Origin: Candidatus Latescibacterota bacterium
GTDB taxonomy: Bacteria; Latescibacterota; UBA2968; UBA8231
Reading direction: 5' to 3'
Length of the DNA: 64,000 nt
Assembly (NCBI GenBank): GCA_965248355.1
Contig: OZ252098.1
Location: 3,648,001 to 3,712,000 of the forward strand
Below, piece by piece: positions 9,307 through 18,562 of this stretch. Position numbers and translations under genes: made by a program. Each line of letters begins with the position of its first letter. Position 1 is the first letter of the stretch. Below the pieces are notes generated by a model that saw only the letters and a list, made by a program, of their open reading frames with translations, did not search any database and was not told where the DNA came from.

Positions 9307-10481
9307 ATGGCCTACCACACCATCTGGTCTTACCTGTGGGACCTGGTCGACGACGGCATCGATGAGTCCGTCCGCTACCTCGGCCAGGAGCTGGGCCTCG
9401 ACGCCGTCAGCGTGGCCACGGCCTATCACACCTTCCAGCAGCTGCGCCCCCAGCGCCCCGGCGCCAAGCTCCTGACGGCCGACACCGCGGCCCTCTACTT
9501 CCAGCCCGATCCCGCCTTGTACCGGGACACCCGGCTCCGTCCCCACGTGGCGGCCCTCGCCCGCCAGGACAATCCCCTGGCCCGGCTGGCCGAAGCCTGC
9601 CGGCGCGAGGGGCTCGACCTGATCTCGTGGACCGTGGGGCTGCACAACTCCCATCTGGCCGTCGAGTACCCCCACTGCGCCGAACGGACCGCCTACGGCG
9701 ACAATCCCGGCTGGGCCCTGTGTCCGGGCGAACCGGAGGTGCGCTCCTACCTCGTCGCCCTGTGCCGCGACCTGGCCAGCAACTACCAGGTCCGGCGGCT
9801 GGAGCTGGAATCCTGCGGCTTCGGCGGCTACGGCCACTCCCACTACCACGTCAAGGACGGGGTGAACCTGGCGCGGTCGGGCGCTACCTGTTCGGGCTGA
9901 GCTTCTCGCCCGGGTGCCTGGACCGGGCCCGGGAACGGGGGATCGATGGCGAGGGCCTGCAGCGCTGGGTGCGCGGCCGGCTGGACGGGGTCTTCGCCAG
10001 CGGCCGGCCCCTGGAGGGCGACCTCGAGGAGTTCGTGTCCGGCCATCCCGAGCTGCAGGGCTTCCAGGCCATGCGTGAGGATCTGGTCATCTCCCTGGTC
10101 GAGGAGATCCGCCAGGCCAGCGGCGTCGAGGTCTCCTTCCTGCTGATGGGCGACCGCTGGGGCGCCGGCATCGACGGGGCCCGCATGGCCGCCACCGCGG
10201 ATCTCGTGGAGATCCTGGCCTACGTCGATACGCCGGAGAAGATCACCCGGCGGCTCGAGGGTCTCCGGGGGACCGTGCCGGATCCGAGCCGTCTGGTCGT
10301 GGGCCTGCAGGCCTACTACCCATGCGCCGTGGAGGCCGGCGGGCTGGTGGCCCAGGTGGAGGCCGCCAGACGGGAAGGGGTGGAGCAGTTCTCCTACTAC
10401 AACTACGGCATCATGCCCCGCCCCAATCTGGGGTGGCTTAGGCAGTGCACTCTCGGCCCGCCGGCGGCGAGCGTCGGCTGA
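9307..10481 (+). pseudogene. TIM-barrel glycoside-hydrolase-like hypothetical protein, split by a 1-nt frameshift near 9870
   Basis: ORF 9307-9900 (YLWDL, SVATAYH, LCPGEPEVRSY, ELESCGF) continues in another frame as GAVGRYLFGLSFSPGC...FSYYNYG. One extra G at ctgg|cgcg restores VNLGAVGRYLF. Confidence 0.7.
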
Positions 10482-10524
10482 CCCCATCCGAAGCGTCACC
10501 CGGGAGCGGGGCACCAGAAAAACC

Positions 10525-10836
10525 ATGGCATTCGGCCTCTTCGCACAGAGACGGGACGGTCTCGGCGCCGGCATCGTGGTCCTGGCCGCGCTCGTGCTGG
10601 CCCTGTCCCTCTCCCTGCCCCTGCTGCACCACCTGCACCACGGCGGACAGCTCGAGATCGAGGAGTGCCCGGTATCGGCTCTCTCCTCCGCTCTCTCCCT
10701 CGGCGTCCTGGCGCTCCTCGGCCTGTTGCTCCTGGCGCCGCACCGCCGGGACACGCCTCTTCCCCACCCCAAGGCCATCGCGCCCCGCACCATCCACCTG
10801 GCCACCCAGGGCGCCCGCGCACCTCCCCGCTCCTGA
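10525..10836 (+). CDS. DUF2946-like upstream ORF/leader with His cluster and C-terminal RAPP ribosome-arrest motif
   Basis: Hydrophobic N-terminal segment, then LLHHLHHGGQLEIEECPVS, a second hydrophobic segment, a Pro-rich linker and ...QGARAPPRS-stop. Lies directly upstream of the lipoprotein and TonB receptor genes. Confidence 0.8.
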   Translation: MAFGLFAQRRDGLGAGIVVLAALVLALSLSLPLLHHLHHGGQLEIEECPVSALSSALSLGVLALLGLLLLAPHRRDTPLPHPKAIAPRTIHLATQGARAPPRS

Positions 10837-10990
10837 GCATCCGCACCTGATCGACTGAACTCCTGTCCGGCGGCCCTCCGCCGGGTGCGGATGCGTTCTC
10901 CTGCTTCATCTCCGGGATCCGGCCGCATGCGGCCGGCACCCTCCCCTCAGCTCTTCGCGGCGGATTCGCGAAGGCCCCTTCAAGGAGAAC
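10837..10990 (+). promoter_or_regulatory. Structured mRNA leader with anti-SD (putative translational attenuator)
   Basis: 11-bp inverted repeat 10837-10847/10884-10894. GTTCTCCT (10895-10902) is the exact complement of AGGAGAAC (10983-10990), the SD of the next gene. Internal hairpins are also present. Confidence 0.6.
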
Positions 10991-10995
10991 CCGAA

Positions 10996-11514
10996 ATGCT
11001 CAGGAACTACCCCATTCCCGGCAGCGCTTTCCTGCTCCTCCTCCTGGCGGGTTGCGGCGACGACGACAACCCCGTCGACCCGGACCACGGCGAGGAAGAA
11101 CACGCCGAAGCGGTTGGATTGATCATCCGCAGCAGCGGCGAAGAGATCGTTCGCTACGAGAACGGCCAGGTCGAGGGCGCCATCGAGGTCGGCCACGACC
11201 GGGAGACGCCCCTGCTCACGGTGCGGTTCATCGCCGAGGACGGCGACCTCTTCGCCCCGGAGGCGGACGAGGGCTTCTCCCTGGGCTGGGAGATCGGTGA
11301 CGAGACCATCGCCGAAGTGGAGCAACACGAGCAGGACGGCCCCTGGGCCTTCCACATCGTCGGCCTCGGAGAGGGTCAGACCACCCTCGTCCTCAAGGTC
11401 CTCCACGCCGGGCACGCCGACTTCGTCTCCAGGGAGATCGACATCCACGTCGAGGAAGACGGTCCGGGCGAGGATCCCGACCAGGACCACGATCACGACG
11501 ACGACCAAGGCTAG
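10996..11514 (+). CDS. His/Asp-rich lipoprotein, putative metal-binding partner of the TonB receptor
   Basis: Lipobox LLAG|C, DHGEEEHAE, HAGHADF and C-terminal DQDHDHDDDQG. RBS AAGGAG. Confidence 0.8.
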   Translation: MLRNYPIPGSAFLLLLLAGCGDDDNPVDPDHGEEEHAEAVGLIIRSSGEEIVRYENGQVEGAIEVGHDRETPLLTVRFIAEDGDLFAPEADEGFSLGWEIGDETIAEVEQHEQDGPWAFHIVGLGEGQTTLVLKVLHAGHADFVSREIDIHVEEDGPGEDPDQDHDHDDDQG

Positions 11515-11517
11515 GGC

Positions 11518-13725
11518 TTGCGCCTCGTCCCCCTCTCTCTGCTCCTCCTGGGTCTGGCCTCGGCCCCCGCCCGCGGCCAGACCGGCGCCCTGGCCGGCCA
11601 CGTGGTCGACACCGAGAACGGCCAGGCCGTGGGATGGACCACCATCGTCATCGAGGACCTCGACCGGGCGCGGACCAGCGACTCCGAGGGACACTTCTTC
11701 TTTGCCAACGTACCCCCCGGCGTCCATGTCCTGCGCACTCTGCGCATCGGCTACCACGACGCCCGCTTCGAAGTCGAAATAACCGCCGGCGATACCATCC
11801 ACGTCGATCTCCAGATCGGTCACGAGACCATCGAGGTGAGGGCCGTGATCGTCGAGGGCGAACGGGTCCACCCCCTCTCCCCGCTCCAGGAACCCGAGGT
11901 CGTCTTCAGCAGCAGCAAGCTGCGCCAGAACCTGAGCCGCACCATCGCCGAGACCATCGACTACGAGCCGGGCATCGCCCAGCGATCCATGGGCCCGGCG
12001 CCCTCGAGGCCGGTGCTGCGGGGCCTGGGCGGCGACCGCCTGCTGGTGCTCGAGGACGGCGAGCGCACCGGCGATCTGTCGGCCACCTCCTCGGACCACG
12101 CCGTGGCCATCGAGCCCATGACCACCGAGCGCATCGAGGTGGTGCGCGGCCCCCGGACCCTGCTCCACGGATCCAATGCCCTGGCCGGGGTCGTCAACGT
12201 GCTGCGGGGATACGTGCCCTCCGAGCTGCCCGACGGCCTGGGGGGCTCCTTCACCTGGCAGGGGGAGAGCGTCAACCGGGGCCTCGCCGGCGGCCTGGCC
12301 CTCGAGCACGCCCTCGGCCCGCTGGCGCTGCGCGCCGACGGCAGTCTGCGCGACGCCGGCGCCATCGCCACCCCGCGCGGGGAACTGCCCAACACCGGGA
12401 TCCGCACCGGCAACGCCTCCGCCGGCGCCGGGCTGGTGCGGCCCTGGGGGCACGTGGGCGCCTCCGGCAGCATCTACGACTCCCACTACGGCATCCCTCC
12501 CGACCCGGAGGGCGGCCACCCCCACGGGGTCTCCGTCGACCTGCTGCGCCAGCATCTCGTGGCGCGCGGCGAGATCCTCGCCGGGCCGGCCTGGCTGCAG
12601 CGCCTGGAGCTGCACCACTCCTTCTCGCGCTACCGCCACGGCGAATTCGAGGCGGACGGCTCCCTGGGCCTGGAGTTCGGCGTGCTCTCCCACCACGGCG
12701 GCGCCCTGGCCCACCTCGAACCCGCCGGCCCCCTGGCCAACGCCGCCGCCGGCCTGTGGTACGAGTACCGCAACTACGCGGCGGCCGGGCTCAACTTCAC
12801 ACCCGCCGCCGAGGAATACGCGGGGGCCCTCTTCACCTGCCAGGAGGCGGAGGCCGGCCCCTGGTCGGCCAACGCCGGCCTGCGCGTCGACGCCCGTCGC
12901 GTCGAGCCGCGCGAGGAACGCCACTCCCGCACCGTCGGCCGTATCCGGAGCCGCGACTTCGCCGGCCTGTCCGCCGGACTGTCCAGCCACTACCGGGCCA
13001 CCTCGACCCTGACCCTTGGGGCGACCTTCATGCGCACCTTCCGCGCCCCCGGCATCGAGGAGTTGTTCTCCGAAGGGCCCCACCTGGCCGCCTATTCGTA
13101 CGAGGTGGGCAACGGCGATCTGAACACCGAGCGCGGCCTGGGGCTTGAGATCTTCGCCGAGTACCGGCACCAGGAGGGCCAGATTCACCTGGCCTTCTTC
13201 CGCAACGCCATCGACGGCTACATCTTCCCCAGGAACACGGGCGATCGCAGCCTGAGGCGGGCCGATCTCTTCCTCTACAGAATGGTGGGAGAGTCCGTCC
13301 TCATGCACGGTGCCGAGGCGGCCTTCGACTGGCACCTGGCGCGCGCCTGGAAGGCGGCGGGAACCCTCGGCCACGTGCGGGGCCGCCTCACCGGCCTCGG
13401 CGGCGAGCCCCTGCCGCGCCTGCCCCCCCTGCAGGGCCGGGTCACCCTGACCTGGGAACCCTCCGAGTCCCTGAAGGCGGCGGCCGCCCTGCGCCTGGCC
13501 GCGGACCAGGATCTGCCGGGAGAGTTCGAGGAGCCCACCGAGGGCTACGCGGTGCTGGACCTCTCGGCCGACCACCAGGTGCACTGGGGGGGGCGCCTGC
13601 ACACCTTCGCCCTGACCCTGGAAAACGCCACCGACGCGGTCTACCGCAACCACCTCAACCGCGTCAAGGAGATCCTGCCCGAGCCGGGCCGCAACCTGCG
13701 CCTGCTGCACAAGGTGTTCTTCTGA
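11518..13725 (+). CDS. TonB-dependent receptor, ZnuD-like metal transporter with N-terminal carboxypeptidase-regulatory-like domain
   Basis: Plug motifs RPVLRGLGGDRL, DHAVAIEP and IEVVRGPRTLLHGSNALAGVVNV. Barrel motifs RAPGIEELFSEGPH, LPRLPPL, YRNHLNRVKE. Terminal Phe. Confidence 0.9.
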   Translation: MRLVPLSLLLLGLASAPARGQTGALAGHVVDTENGQAVGWTTIVIEDLDRARTSDSEGHFFFANVPPGVHVLRTLRIGYHDARFEVEITAGDTIHVDLQIGHETIEVRAVIVEGERVHPLSPLQEPEVVFSSSKLRQNLSRTIAETIDYEPGIAQRSMGPAPSRPVLRGLGGDRLLVLEDGERTGDLSATSSDHAVAIEPMTTERIEVVRGPRTLLHGSNALAGVVNVLRGYVPSELPDGLGGSFTWQGESVNRGLAGGLALEHALGPLALRADGSLRDAGAIATPRGELPNTGIRTGNASAGAGLVRPWGHVGASGSIYDSHYGIPPDPEGGHPHGVSVDLLRQHLVARGEILAGPAWLQRLELHHSFSRYRHGEFEADGSLGLEFGVLSHHGGALAHLEPAGPLANAAAGLWYEYRNYAAAGLNFTPAAEEYAGALFTCQEAEAGPWSANAGLRVDARRVEPREERHSRTVGRIRSRDFAGLSAGLSSHYRATSTLTLGATFMRTFRAPGIEELFSEGPHLAAYSYEVGNGDLNTERGLGLEIFAEYRHQEGQIHLAFFRNAIDGYIFPRNTGDRSLRRADLFLYRMVGESVLMHGAEAAFDWHLARAWKAAGTLGHVRGRLTGLGGEPLPRLPPLQGRVTLTWEPSESLKAAAALRLAADQDLPGEFEEPTEGYAVLDLSADHQVHWGGRLHTFALTLENATDAVYRNHLNRVKEILPEPGRNLRLLHKVFF

Positions 13726-13811
13726 AGCGGCACCCCGCTTGTAGCCAACCCCCGTCGGACTAGATTACCGCGCAAGGACCGGCCCCGTCACCGCCCCATC
13801 CGGAGGATCCC

Positions 13812-14819
13812 ATGCCCGCCCTGACCCGCGACCAGATCGAGCACTTCGAAGAGCTGGGCTACGTCGTCGTCGACGACGTCATCGACCCCGAGAAGACCCT
13901 CGATCCCGTGATCGAGGAATACGCCGGGGTCCTCGACCAGCTCGCCGACGAGCTCTACGAGCGCGGCGACATCCCCTCGCGCTACGAGCACCTCGCCTTC
14001 GGCGAGCGCTACATCCGGATCTGCATCGAGACGGGGAGCGTCCACAGCCAGTACTTCGACTTCTCCCTGCCCTTCCAGAACGTCCGGCCCGCCACCCCCT
14101 TCTGGGCCGGCCCCGCCGTCTTCCGGGCCCTGACCGACGAGGACCTGCTCGACGCGGTGGAGTCCCTCATCGGCCCCGAGATCTACTCCAACCCGGTGCA
14201 GCACGTGCGCATCAAGCCGCCCGAGCAACACCTGCCCACCAACGCCCACGGCAATGCCATCCTGGGGGCCACTCACTGGCACCAGGACCACGGCGTGGTC
14301 ACCGCCGAGGCGGACGAGACCCGCATGCTCACCGTCTGGTTCTCGCTGCAGGACACCCCCATGGAAAAGGGCCCCCTCCACCTCGTGCCGGGCTCGCACC
14401 GCAACGGCCTGCTGCCCCACTGCCCCAACTACATGGGCAACGGCCCCAAGGCCGCCGGCAGCACCCAGATCCCCGAGAAGCTCTTCGACGCCGGCCACTC
14501 GCGGGCCCTGCCGGTGGGGCCCGGGGCCGTCATCTTCATGCACAAGCAGACCGTCCACGGCTCCCTCTCCAACGTCAGCGACGACGTCCGCTGGAGCTTC
14601 GACCTGCGCTACAACCCCACCCACGAGCCCACCGGGCGCATCGCCTTCCCCGGCTTCGTGGCCCGCAGCCGCGCCAACCCCGACACCGAGTTGCGCGATC
14701 CGGAGGCCTGGCACCGCTCCTGGCTCGAGGCGCGGGCGAACATGTCGATGATCAACCAGGGCGGGAAGATCGACATACCCTTCCGCCGTCCCCGGACCGA
14801 GCATCTCCTCTGCGCCTGA
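13812..14819 (+). CDS. Phytanoyl-CoA dioxygenase (PhyH) family Fe(II)/2OG oxygenase
   Basis: LTRDQIEHFEELGY, WHQD (HxD), VPGSHR, distal HGSLSN and RWSFDLRY. Confidence 0.9.
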   Translation: MPALTRDQIEHFEELGYVVVDDVIDPEKTLDPVIEEYAGVLDQLADELYERGDIPSRYEHLAFGERYIRICIETGSVHSQYFDFSLPFQNVRPATPFWAGPAVFRALTDEDLLDAVESLIGPEIYSNPVQHVRIKPPEQHLPTNAHGNAILGATHWHQDHGVVTAEADETRMLTVWFSLQDTPMEKGPLHLVPGSHRNGLLPHCPNYMGNGPKAAGSTQIPEKLFDAGHSRALPVGPGAVIFMHKQTVHGSLSNVSDDVRWSFDLRYNPTHEPTGRIAFPGFVARSRANPDTELRDPEAWHRSWLEARANMSMINQGGKIDIPFRRPRTEHLLCA

Positions 14820-14869
14820 GCCGCCCGGGCCTGTCGCCGCACTCGAGGCGGGCCCTGCTGGGAGGCCTG

Positions 14870-15193
14870 TTGCTGGGTGCAGTGGGCTATCTGGGCCTCC
14901 ACGGCATGCGTTCGACGGAGGAGGGAGACCCGGGGCCAGCCGCGGGGGAGACGGCCCGGAGCCACTACGCCTTCTACTGCGCCGACTGCCACGGCGCCGA
15001 CATGGGCGGTGGCATGGCCAGCAGCCTGGTGGACGGCCGGTGGGCCTGCGGCGACAGCGCCGCGGCCCTATTCCGGAGCATCGCCGCCGGCATCGAGATC
15101 GACGGCATGCCCGCCTTCGGCGCCGTCCTGACGACGGCCGAGATCGACGCGCTGGTCGCCCTGATGCGGGCGGCCGAGGGTGATCCGAGATGA
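14870..15193 (+). CDS. Monoheme c-type cytochrome (start uncertain; may extend to a CTG at 14816)
   Basis: CADCH heme motif and distal Met in GMPAFG..LTTAEIDALV. Overlaps the GSDH gene (ATGA). Confidence 0.75.
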   Translation: MLGAVGYLGLHGMRSTEEGDPGPAAGETARSHYAFYCADCHGADMGGGMASSLVDGRWACGDSAAALFRSIAAGIEIDGMPAFGAVLTTAEIDALVALMRAAEGDPR

Positions 15194-16320
15194 GCTTCCT
15201 TGCCTGGTTGTCCTCCTGTGCCCTGATCGCCCTGGGCTGCGCCTCGGCCGAGGAGGTCGTCGAGTCGGAGGAACACTCCTTCCGGGTCGAGACCTTCGCC
15301 GCCGGGTTCGGCGTGCCCTGGGGCCTGGCCTTCCTGCCCGACGGGCGCCTGCTCGTGACCGAGCAGGAAGGGCTCCTGCGCATCGTGGAGCGGGATGGCT
15401 CGGTCTCCGAGCCCATCGAGGGCGTGCCGGCCGTGGTCTCCAGGGGGCAGGGGGGACTGATGGACGTGGCCCTGCACCCGAGGTTCGCCGAGCAGGGATG
15501 GATCTACCTGAGCTATTCCGACCCCCTGCCCGGCCCGGAGGGAGCCCTCCTCGGATACACCGCCATCGCCCGCGCCCGCCTGGGGGAGCTGCGGCTGGCC
15601 GACGTGGAGATCGTCTACCGGATCCCGGAGCGGTTCTACACCCGGCATGCCCACCACTACGGCTCGCGCATCCTCTTCGACCGCGCCGGCTTCCTCTACT
15701 TCGCCATCGGCGACCGCGGCCAGCGGCCCCTGGCCCAGAGCGTGGAGTGGCCCAACGGCAAGATCCACCGCCTGCGCGACGACGGCGCCGTGCCGGCCGA
15801 CAACCCCTTCGTCGGGGAGCGGGACGCCGTCGAGTCGATCTGGTCCTACGGCCACCGCAATCCGCAGGGGCTGGCCATGCATCCGGTCACCGGCGAGTTG
15901 TGGGCCGCCGAGCATGGCCCCAAGGGGGGTGACGAGCTCAACCACATCCGCCGCGGCCTGAACTACGGCTGGCCGGCGATCACCTACGGCATCAACTACG
16001 ACGGCACACCGATCACCGATGCGACCCACGCCGAGGGCATGGAGCAGCCCGAGACGTACTGGGTGCCGTCCATAGCCGTATGCGGCATCGACTTCTACAC
16101 GGGGGAACGCTTCGCCAGGTGGCGGCACGATCTGCTGGTCACCTCCCTGCGCTTCAACCGCCTGCACCGCCTCCGGCTGCAGGGGCGGGAGATGGTCCAC
16201 GAGGAGATCGTCTACCAGGGGGAGTCCCGCGTGCGCGACGTGCAGACCGGCCCCGATGGGGCGGTCTACCTGGCGGTGGAAGGACCGGGGCGGATCCTGC
16301 GGCTGGTCAGCCTGGACTGA
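15190..16320 (+). CDS. PQQ-dependent glucose/sorbosone dehydrogenase (YliI/GSDH family), lipoprotein
   Basis: Lipobox ALG|C. PWGLAFLPDG, GQGGLMDVALHP, SYGHRNPQG, EHGPKGGDELN and RVRDV motifs. Confidence 0.92.
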   Translation: MSFLAWLSSCALIALGCASAEEVVESEEHSFRVETFAAGFGVPWGLAFLPDGRLLVTEQEGLLRIVERDGSVSEPIEGVPAVVSRGQGGLMDVALHPRFAEQGWIYLSYSDPLPGPEGALLGYTAIARARLGELRLADVEIVYRIPERFYTRHAHHYGSRILFDRAGFLYFAIGDRGQRPLAQSVEWPNGKIHRLRDDGAVPADNPFVGERDAVESIWSYGHRNPQGLAMHPVTGELWAAEHGPKGGDELNHIRRGLNYGWPAITYGINYDGTPITDATHAEGMEQPETYWVPSIAVCGIDFYTGERFARWRHDLLVTSLRFNRLHRLRLQGREMVHEEIVYQGESRVRDVQTGPDGAVYLAVEGPGRILRLVSLD

Positions 16321-16326
16321 CCGCGG

Positions 16327-18540
16327 TCAGCCGCGCCGGCGCTCCACGTAGATCGGGCTGCTCCAGGCGCGGTGCTGGTTGATCTGGGTCACCCGCACCC
16401 AGTAGGGGCACAGGCCACTGACCTCGCGGGTGTCCCGGAAGGACAGCTCGACCCGCGGGGACAGCTCGGGGCTCGGCGCCGGCCCGGCGATGACGTGGCG
16501 GCTGGCGCCGCCCGCCTCCACTCTCATCGGCTGTTCCCGCACCTGGGACAGGGCGAAGTCGAAGGTGGCCGGACCGGACTCGAAGCGGCAGGACGCCGCC
16601 GCTCCGCCCTCGATCTCCACGCACATCCCCATGCGGTTGCCGGCGGTAACGGTGTCGAAGCGGACCGTGCGGGCGTCGACCTGTTCTACGCGGTCGAAGG
16701 GGGTGGCCAGAGCGACGGGCTCGACCCTGGCGATCCGTCCGCCGTCGACGATGAACCGGCCCTTCCACAAGGCGCGCTGCTGGGGCGCGCCTCCGTGTCC
16801 CTCGGTCCCTCCCCAGAGGAGGTGCACGGCGCCGTCGACCGGGGCCATCGCCGGCCTCCACGTCCACAGCGGTTCGGCCCCGCACAGCAGATCGACCTGC
16901 TCGATCCCCGCCGTTCCCTCGGCCTCGACGGTCACCAGGGGATAGCCGTCCGTGGCGTATTCGCTGCCCATGAGGTGGCCGTCGGCCGAGACCGCCAGCC
17001 GCATGCGAGGTCCGTCAGTGGCGTAGCACCGCCTCGCCGCCATCGCCTCCCACAGCGCCTCCCGGGTCAGCTCCGAGGCCAGGAAGGCCGTGACCCCGCT
17101 GCGGGCGTTGCGGATCAGCCGGCTGCCGGGATGGTCGCACCCGGGCCGGCCGGTGACGCCGTCGGTGCCGGCGGTGATCCCCACGCGGTAGCCGCGGCGC
17201 AGGGCGTCGAGGACGAACCAGTCCGAGGTGCCATGGGTGGAGTGGATCTCGGCAAGGGTCTCGATGCGCGGCTCGTGGAAATCCAGATTCGTGGGCCTGC
17301 CGCCGGCGTGCATGTTGACGAGCACGTCCTCGTCCTTCATGGCCTCGAGGAACTCCGGCGCCGTCTCCAGGTCGGGCTCCGGGTCGGGCTCGTCCTCGGT
17401 GAAGAACCGCCCCGAACGCCGCAGGCGCGGCTCGTCGCGGCGGTAGAAGACGTTGCGGTCCCCGCCCTCCGGCGTGTTGGCGCTCCACTCGCACCCAAGA
17501 AAGGCGACGAACCTCCCCTCCTCGTCGGCGGCGGCCGTCTCGCGGCGTGTCCGCTCCCAGAGGTCCAGGCTGACGTGGTGGTCGTTCCCCTGGTGCGAGC
17601 AGACCTGAAGTCCCGCCACGTGGCGGGCGTAGTCGAAGTGGTGGCGGACCGAGCCGACGCCGCAGCCGATCTGTCCCTGCCCGGCGTGCAGATCGCCCCA
17701 GAAGGTGCGCAAGGGCGGGCGCTCGCGGGTGATCCGCACCGGGTTGGTCACGGCCTGCAGCCCGAAGGCGGGGAGGGTTGCCTCGATGCGGTGGATGCCG
17801 GGGCTGGCGATCCGGACCCCGGCGCGGTAGGCGGGCATCTCCCCGGCCTGCTCGACGGAGACCGCTCTCACCCCTTCGGCTGGCACCACCTCCGGGGAGC
17901 AGCCCTCCACCAGCAGGGGGTTCCCCCATTCGTCCTCGACGCGCAGCGTCAGCTCCAGTTCTTCGCCGGCGATCCCGTCGGCGGGAGCCAGGGCCACCAG
18001 CCTCGCCGGGGCCCCGGCCGCGACGGAGAATCCCGGCGCCGGCGGCAGCTGAATCCAGCGGCGGCCGCCCTCGGGGTTGATCAGGAAGAGCAGCTCGGCC
18101 TCCGGAACGACGAAGGTCGGGGCGCGCCACTCCCGGCAGGCCAGCTCCACCCGGTCTCCCCGGGTCAGCTCACCGGAGACCACCTCCACGTCGATCTGGT
18201 GATTCCACGGCACGAGGTCGCCCCGGAAGGCGCAGGTGACCCGCAAGTCGACACCGGGCCTGGAGCAGGAGGCGTGCACGTAGTCCGACCCCCCGGGATC
18301 GGCCGCCTGCGGCGCGGCCCAGTCGAAGGGCCACAGCCAGACGACGCGCAGGTGTCCCCTCGCCGGGACCGCCGTCTCACCGAGCTCGAACCCCAGGTTC
18401 AGCCCGAGGCGCTCTCCGGCCCGCACCGGGGCCGAGCGGTCGATGCGGCCGGCGCCGTGCCGGCGGCGGCGCTCGTCGAGATCGAGGCCGGGGAAGTGAT
18501 GGATGTGCGGGCCGTTGGGAAAGCCGCTCGTCAGCAGCAT
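16327..18540 (-). CDS. DUF3604 domain-containing protein (PHP-like metallohydrolase)
   Basis: FWGDLH, GCEWS..GGDRNVF, EIHSTHG, ELTREALWEAMAARRCYATDG, and C-terminal YWVRVTQ..HRAWSSPIY. Confidence 0.8.
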   Translation of the reverse strand: MLLTSGFPNGPHIHHFPGLDLDERRRRHGAGRIDRSAPVRAGERLGLNLGFELGETAVPARGHLRVVWLWPFDWAAPQAADPGGSDYVHASCSRPGVDLRVTCAFRGDLVPWNHQIDVEVVSGELTRGDRVELACREWRAPTFVVPEAELLFLINPEGGRRWIQLPPAPGFSVAAGAPARLVALAPADGIAGEELELTLRVEDEWGNPLLVEGCSPEVVPAEGVRAVSVEQAGEMPAYRAGVRIASPGIHRIEATLPAFGLQAVTNPVRITRERPPLRTFWGDLHAGQGQIGCGVGSVRHHFDYARHVAGLQVCSHQGNDHHVSLDLWERTRRETAAADEEGRFVAFLGCEWSANTPEGGDRNVFYRRDEPRLRRSGRFFTEDEPDPEPDLETAPEFLEAMKDEDVLVNMHAGGRPTNLDFHEPRIETLAEIHSTHGTSDWFVLDALRRGYRVGITAGTDGVTGRPGCDHPGSRLIRNARSGVTAFLASELTREALWEAMAARRCYATDGPRMRLAVSADGHLMGSEYATDGYPLVTVEAEGTAGIEQVDLLCGAEPLWTWRPAMAPVDGAVHLLWGGTEGHGGAPQQRALWKGRFIVDGGRIARVEPVALATPFDRVEQVDARTVRFDTVTAGNRMGMCVEIEGGAAASCRFESGPATFDFALSQVREQPMRVEAGGASRHVIAGPAPSPELSPRVELSFRDTREVSGLCPYWVRVTQINQHRAWSSPIYVERRRG

Positions 18541-18562
18541 GGGTTTCCTCGGCAGGTGGCCA

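Noticed and set aside
10906..13710. 934-aa minus-strand ORF and similar long opposite-strand ORFs (7762-9849, 16372-18636, 25494-27380, 30206-32032, 58260-60311)
   Set aside because: These are shadow frames typical of high-GC DNA, opposite well-supported genes and without family motifs.
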